46,554 bases of DNA from a virus, in IMG/VR virus record IMGVR_UViG_3300045988_054487; one strand, given 5' to 3'. Of this stretch, positions 45,185-46,554 are shown piece by piece. Numbering within the stretch: position 1 is the stretch's first letter; each line of letters begins with the position of its first letter. Under the pieces are notes generated by a model. It was not told the DNA's origin. It did not search any database and worked only from the letters and a program-made list of their open reading frames with translations. A program made the position numbers and the translations under genes.

Positions 45185-46189
45185 TAATTGATAGTCCATA
45201 TAAAACCTATTGAATTGCTGGGAACCCCTAACGTAAAGTCGAGGGCAATCAGCAGCGAAGCCTTTGTGGTAACAGCGAAGGAACGTTCAACGACTAAGTG
45301 CATACAATCGTATGACAGCGGTAGGTATTCTTGATACATATAAAAAACATGATATAATCAAGACAACAATTACGGAAAGGTGTTTTGATTATGGTTAGTA
45401 GTGTTGAAATCGGAAAAAGATATAACAACGTAAAAATTTTAGAGTATTCTCATAAAAATAAACACAACAAGAAAAAGTACAAATGTAAATGTATGTTATG
45501 TGGCAAAGTTTTTATTACGTTAGGCACTACAGTTAAAACAGGGAGGTTAAAAAGTTGTGGTTGCTTATCTAATAAAAAAGCTAAAGAAAGAATGGAAAAA
45601 CATGGAATGCATGGCACTCAAATATATAATCGTTGGAAGGGTATGAAATCAAGATGCAGGAATAAATCTTACCACGCCTATCATAGATACAATGGTAAAG
45701 GTATAACTGTTTGCGAACGGTGGCAAAATGATTTTATGAACTTTTATAACGATATGAACGATACATTCTTTGAAGGGGCTGAATTAGATAGAATAGACAA
45801 CAGCAAAGGTTATTATCCTGAAAATTGTAGATGGGTTACACATAAACAAAATTGTAACAACAGAGATAAATATAAAAATAACACTGGTTACACAGGAGTG
45901 CATTTCGGAAAGAAAAACAAAACTTATCAGGTTAATATGTGTCACAAAAGAAAAAGTATCTATATTGGAAGTTACAAAAATATAAAAGATGCAGTAAACG
46001 CAAGAAAATCATTTATATTGAAATTCAACAAAGATAATGGGACAAATTATAAATATGAAGAGTATCAAGAATAATGATATAGTCTAGTCTTATATGAAAG
46101 TATAAGGTTTCTAAAACAGAAACTATTTAGCGTTACACAAAATTATAGAGAAATCTATAATCAGAGAGGCGTTAAATATAATACAAACG
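45185..46189 (+). mobile_element. Group I self-splicing intron (about 1005 nt) interrupting the endolysin CHAP domain, carrying an HNH homing endonuclease ORF
   Basis: P1: the exon-1 end AUGGAU pairs with the intron GUCCAU (45194-45199), with a U-G wobble at the 5' splice site. P10: the exon-2 start AUCAAU (46190-46195) pairs with AUUGAU (45187-45192), directly adjacent to the P1 strand, forming a contiguous internal guide sequence. The last intron nucleotide is G (46189). A structured GC-rich core runs from 45210 to 45330. The spliced junction reads [16 protein letters not shown]. Confidence 0.7.
45385..46074 (+). CDS. Intron-encoded HNH-family homing endonuclease with an N-terminal Cys-cluster zinc finger
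   Basis: CKCMLCG…SCGC zinc finger. An AP2-like/HNH-associated motif (IYNRWKGMKSRCRNKSYHAYHRYNGKGITVCERW) and ELDRIDNSKGYYPENCRWVTHKQNCNN; it lies entirely inside the intron. Confidence 0.6.
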   Translation: MIMVSSVEIGKRYNNVKILEYSHKNKHNKKKYKCKCMLCGKVFITLGTTVKTGRLKSCGCLSNKKAKERMEKHGMHGTQIYNRWKGMKSRCRNKSYHAYHRYNGKGITVCERWQNDFMNFYNDMNDTFFEGAELDRIDNSKGYYPENCRWVTHKQNCNNRDKYKNNTGYTGVHFGKKNKTYQVNMCHKRKSIYIGSYKNIKDAVNARKSFILKFNKDNGTNYKYEEYQE

Positions 46190-46554
46190 ATCAATGTTTT
46201 GATACAGCAAACCAATATTGGATGTACTTATTCGGACATATGTTAAAAGGCATAGGCGCTGCAGATATTCCTACATGGAATAACTTCAAAGGAGAAGCAA
46301 AAGTCTATGAAAACACATTAGACTTTCTACCTAAACGTGGAGATTTAGTTATATTCAACAGAAATTATGGTGGCGGTTACGGACACGTTGGTATTGTCAT
46401 AAAAGCAACATTAGATTACATAGTGATCATAGAGCAAAATTGGCTTGGCGGTGCATATTGGACGCCGCCTGAAGTAACTACACGTCGCACACATGGCTAT
46501 GATTTCCCTATGTGGTTTATACGCCCCTACTTTGCAAAAGAAACGAAAAAAAAC
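46190..46554 (+). CDS. Endolysin exon 2, 5' part (3'-partial in the window; continues at 120..1082 via the circular junction), the CHAP catalytic core
   Basis: Encodes (Y)[10 protein letters not shown]…GDLVIF…YGHVGIVI…, with the catalytic Cys in QCFD and the His in GHVG; same frame as 1..1082. Confidence 0.7.
46436..46554. repeat. 119-nt exact duplicate of window positions 1-119 (terminal redundancy of a circularly permuted or circular assembly)
   Basis: Character-for-character identity between 1-119 and 46436-46554. Confidence 0.9.

Noticed and set aside
46075-46554. ATG at 46075 as the genuine start of an uninterrupted endolysin gene
   Set aside because: That reading lacks the conserved CHAP N-terminus. 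The N-terminus is instead encoded 1 kb upstream at 45097-45184, behind a proper RBS and coupled to the holin. The P1/P10 pairings place the splice sites precisely at 45184|45185 and 46189|46190. The 46075 start is kept only as a possible alternative product.
1-46554. CRISPR arrays, tRNA or other structured RNA genes
   Set aside because: There are no regularly spaced direct repeats with unique spacers, and no cloverleaf-compatible GC-rich 70-90-nt segments. The only highly structured non-coding RNA candidate is the group I intron core.

Overview
The window is a complete, circularly permuted phage genome. Its first 119 nt (1-119) are identical to its last 119 nt (46436-46554), so the non-redundant unit is about 46,435 bp. 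The gene content and order are those of a low-GC Firmicutes siphovirus, most likely Staphylococcus-infecting. This is supported by a phi11-like CHAP-amidase-SH3b endolysin, a staphylococcal-nuclease homolog, AGGAGG ribosome-binding sites and an SPP1-like head module.

Every convincing gene is on the + strand; the minus-strand ORFs in the track are spurious. No integrase, repressor or attP-like region is present. The 290-bp gap after the endolysin holds two terminators and an early promoter instead.

Gene order:
- Early promoter P1, then recombination genes (Sipho_Gp157, ERF-type annealing protein).
- Replication genes: winged-helix protein, replisome organizer with internal iteron-like repeats, putative helicase loader, DnaB-type helicase and SSB.
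- A free-standing NUMOD4-HNH endonuclease.
- An accessory block of roughly 25 small ORFs (8.3-16.2 kb). It includes a DUF3310-like protein, a nucleoside 2-deoxyribosyltransferase-like protein, a tandem-duplicated degenerate HNH-like protein, YopX, MazG, three tiny membrane peptides and a RecU-like resolvase.
- A 300-bp control region with a palindrome, a terminator and a promoter, followed by a small HTH gene, a thermonuclease and a ParB-nuclease/DNA methyltransferase fusion.
- TerS, TerL, portal, head-morphogenesis protein, scaffold, major capsid protein and connector proteins.
- Tail genes: major tail protein, an Ig-like protein, chaperones with an A_AAA_AAG -1 frameshift site, a 1610-aa tape measure protein carrying M23 and SLT domains, Dit, Tal carrying lysozyme-like and M23 domains, and two fibre proteins.
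- Lysis genes: XkdX-like, a 4-TM membrane protein, XhlA-like and an SPP1-type holin.
- An endolysin gene interrupted in its CHAP domain by a roughly 1-kb group I intron that carries an HNH homing endonuclease. Its second exon runs off the window end and continues at the window start.

I could not run any database or folding search; every call rests on the sequence itself, motif recognition and known family architectures.
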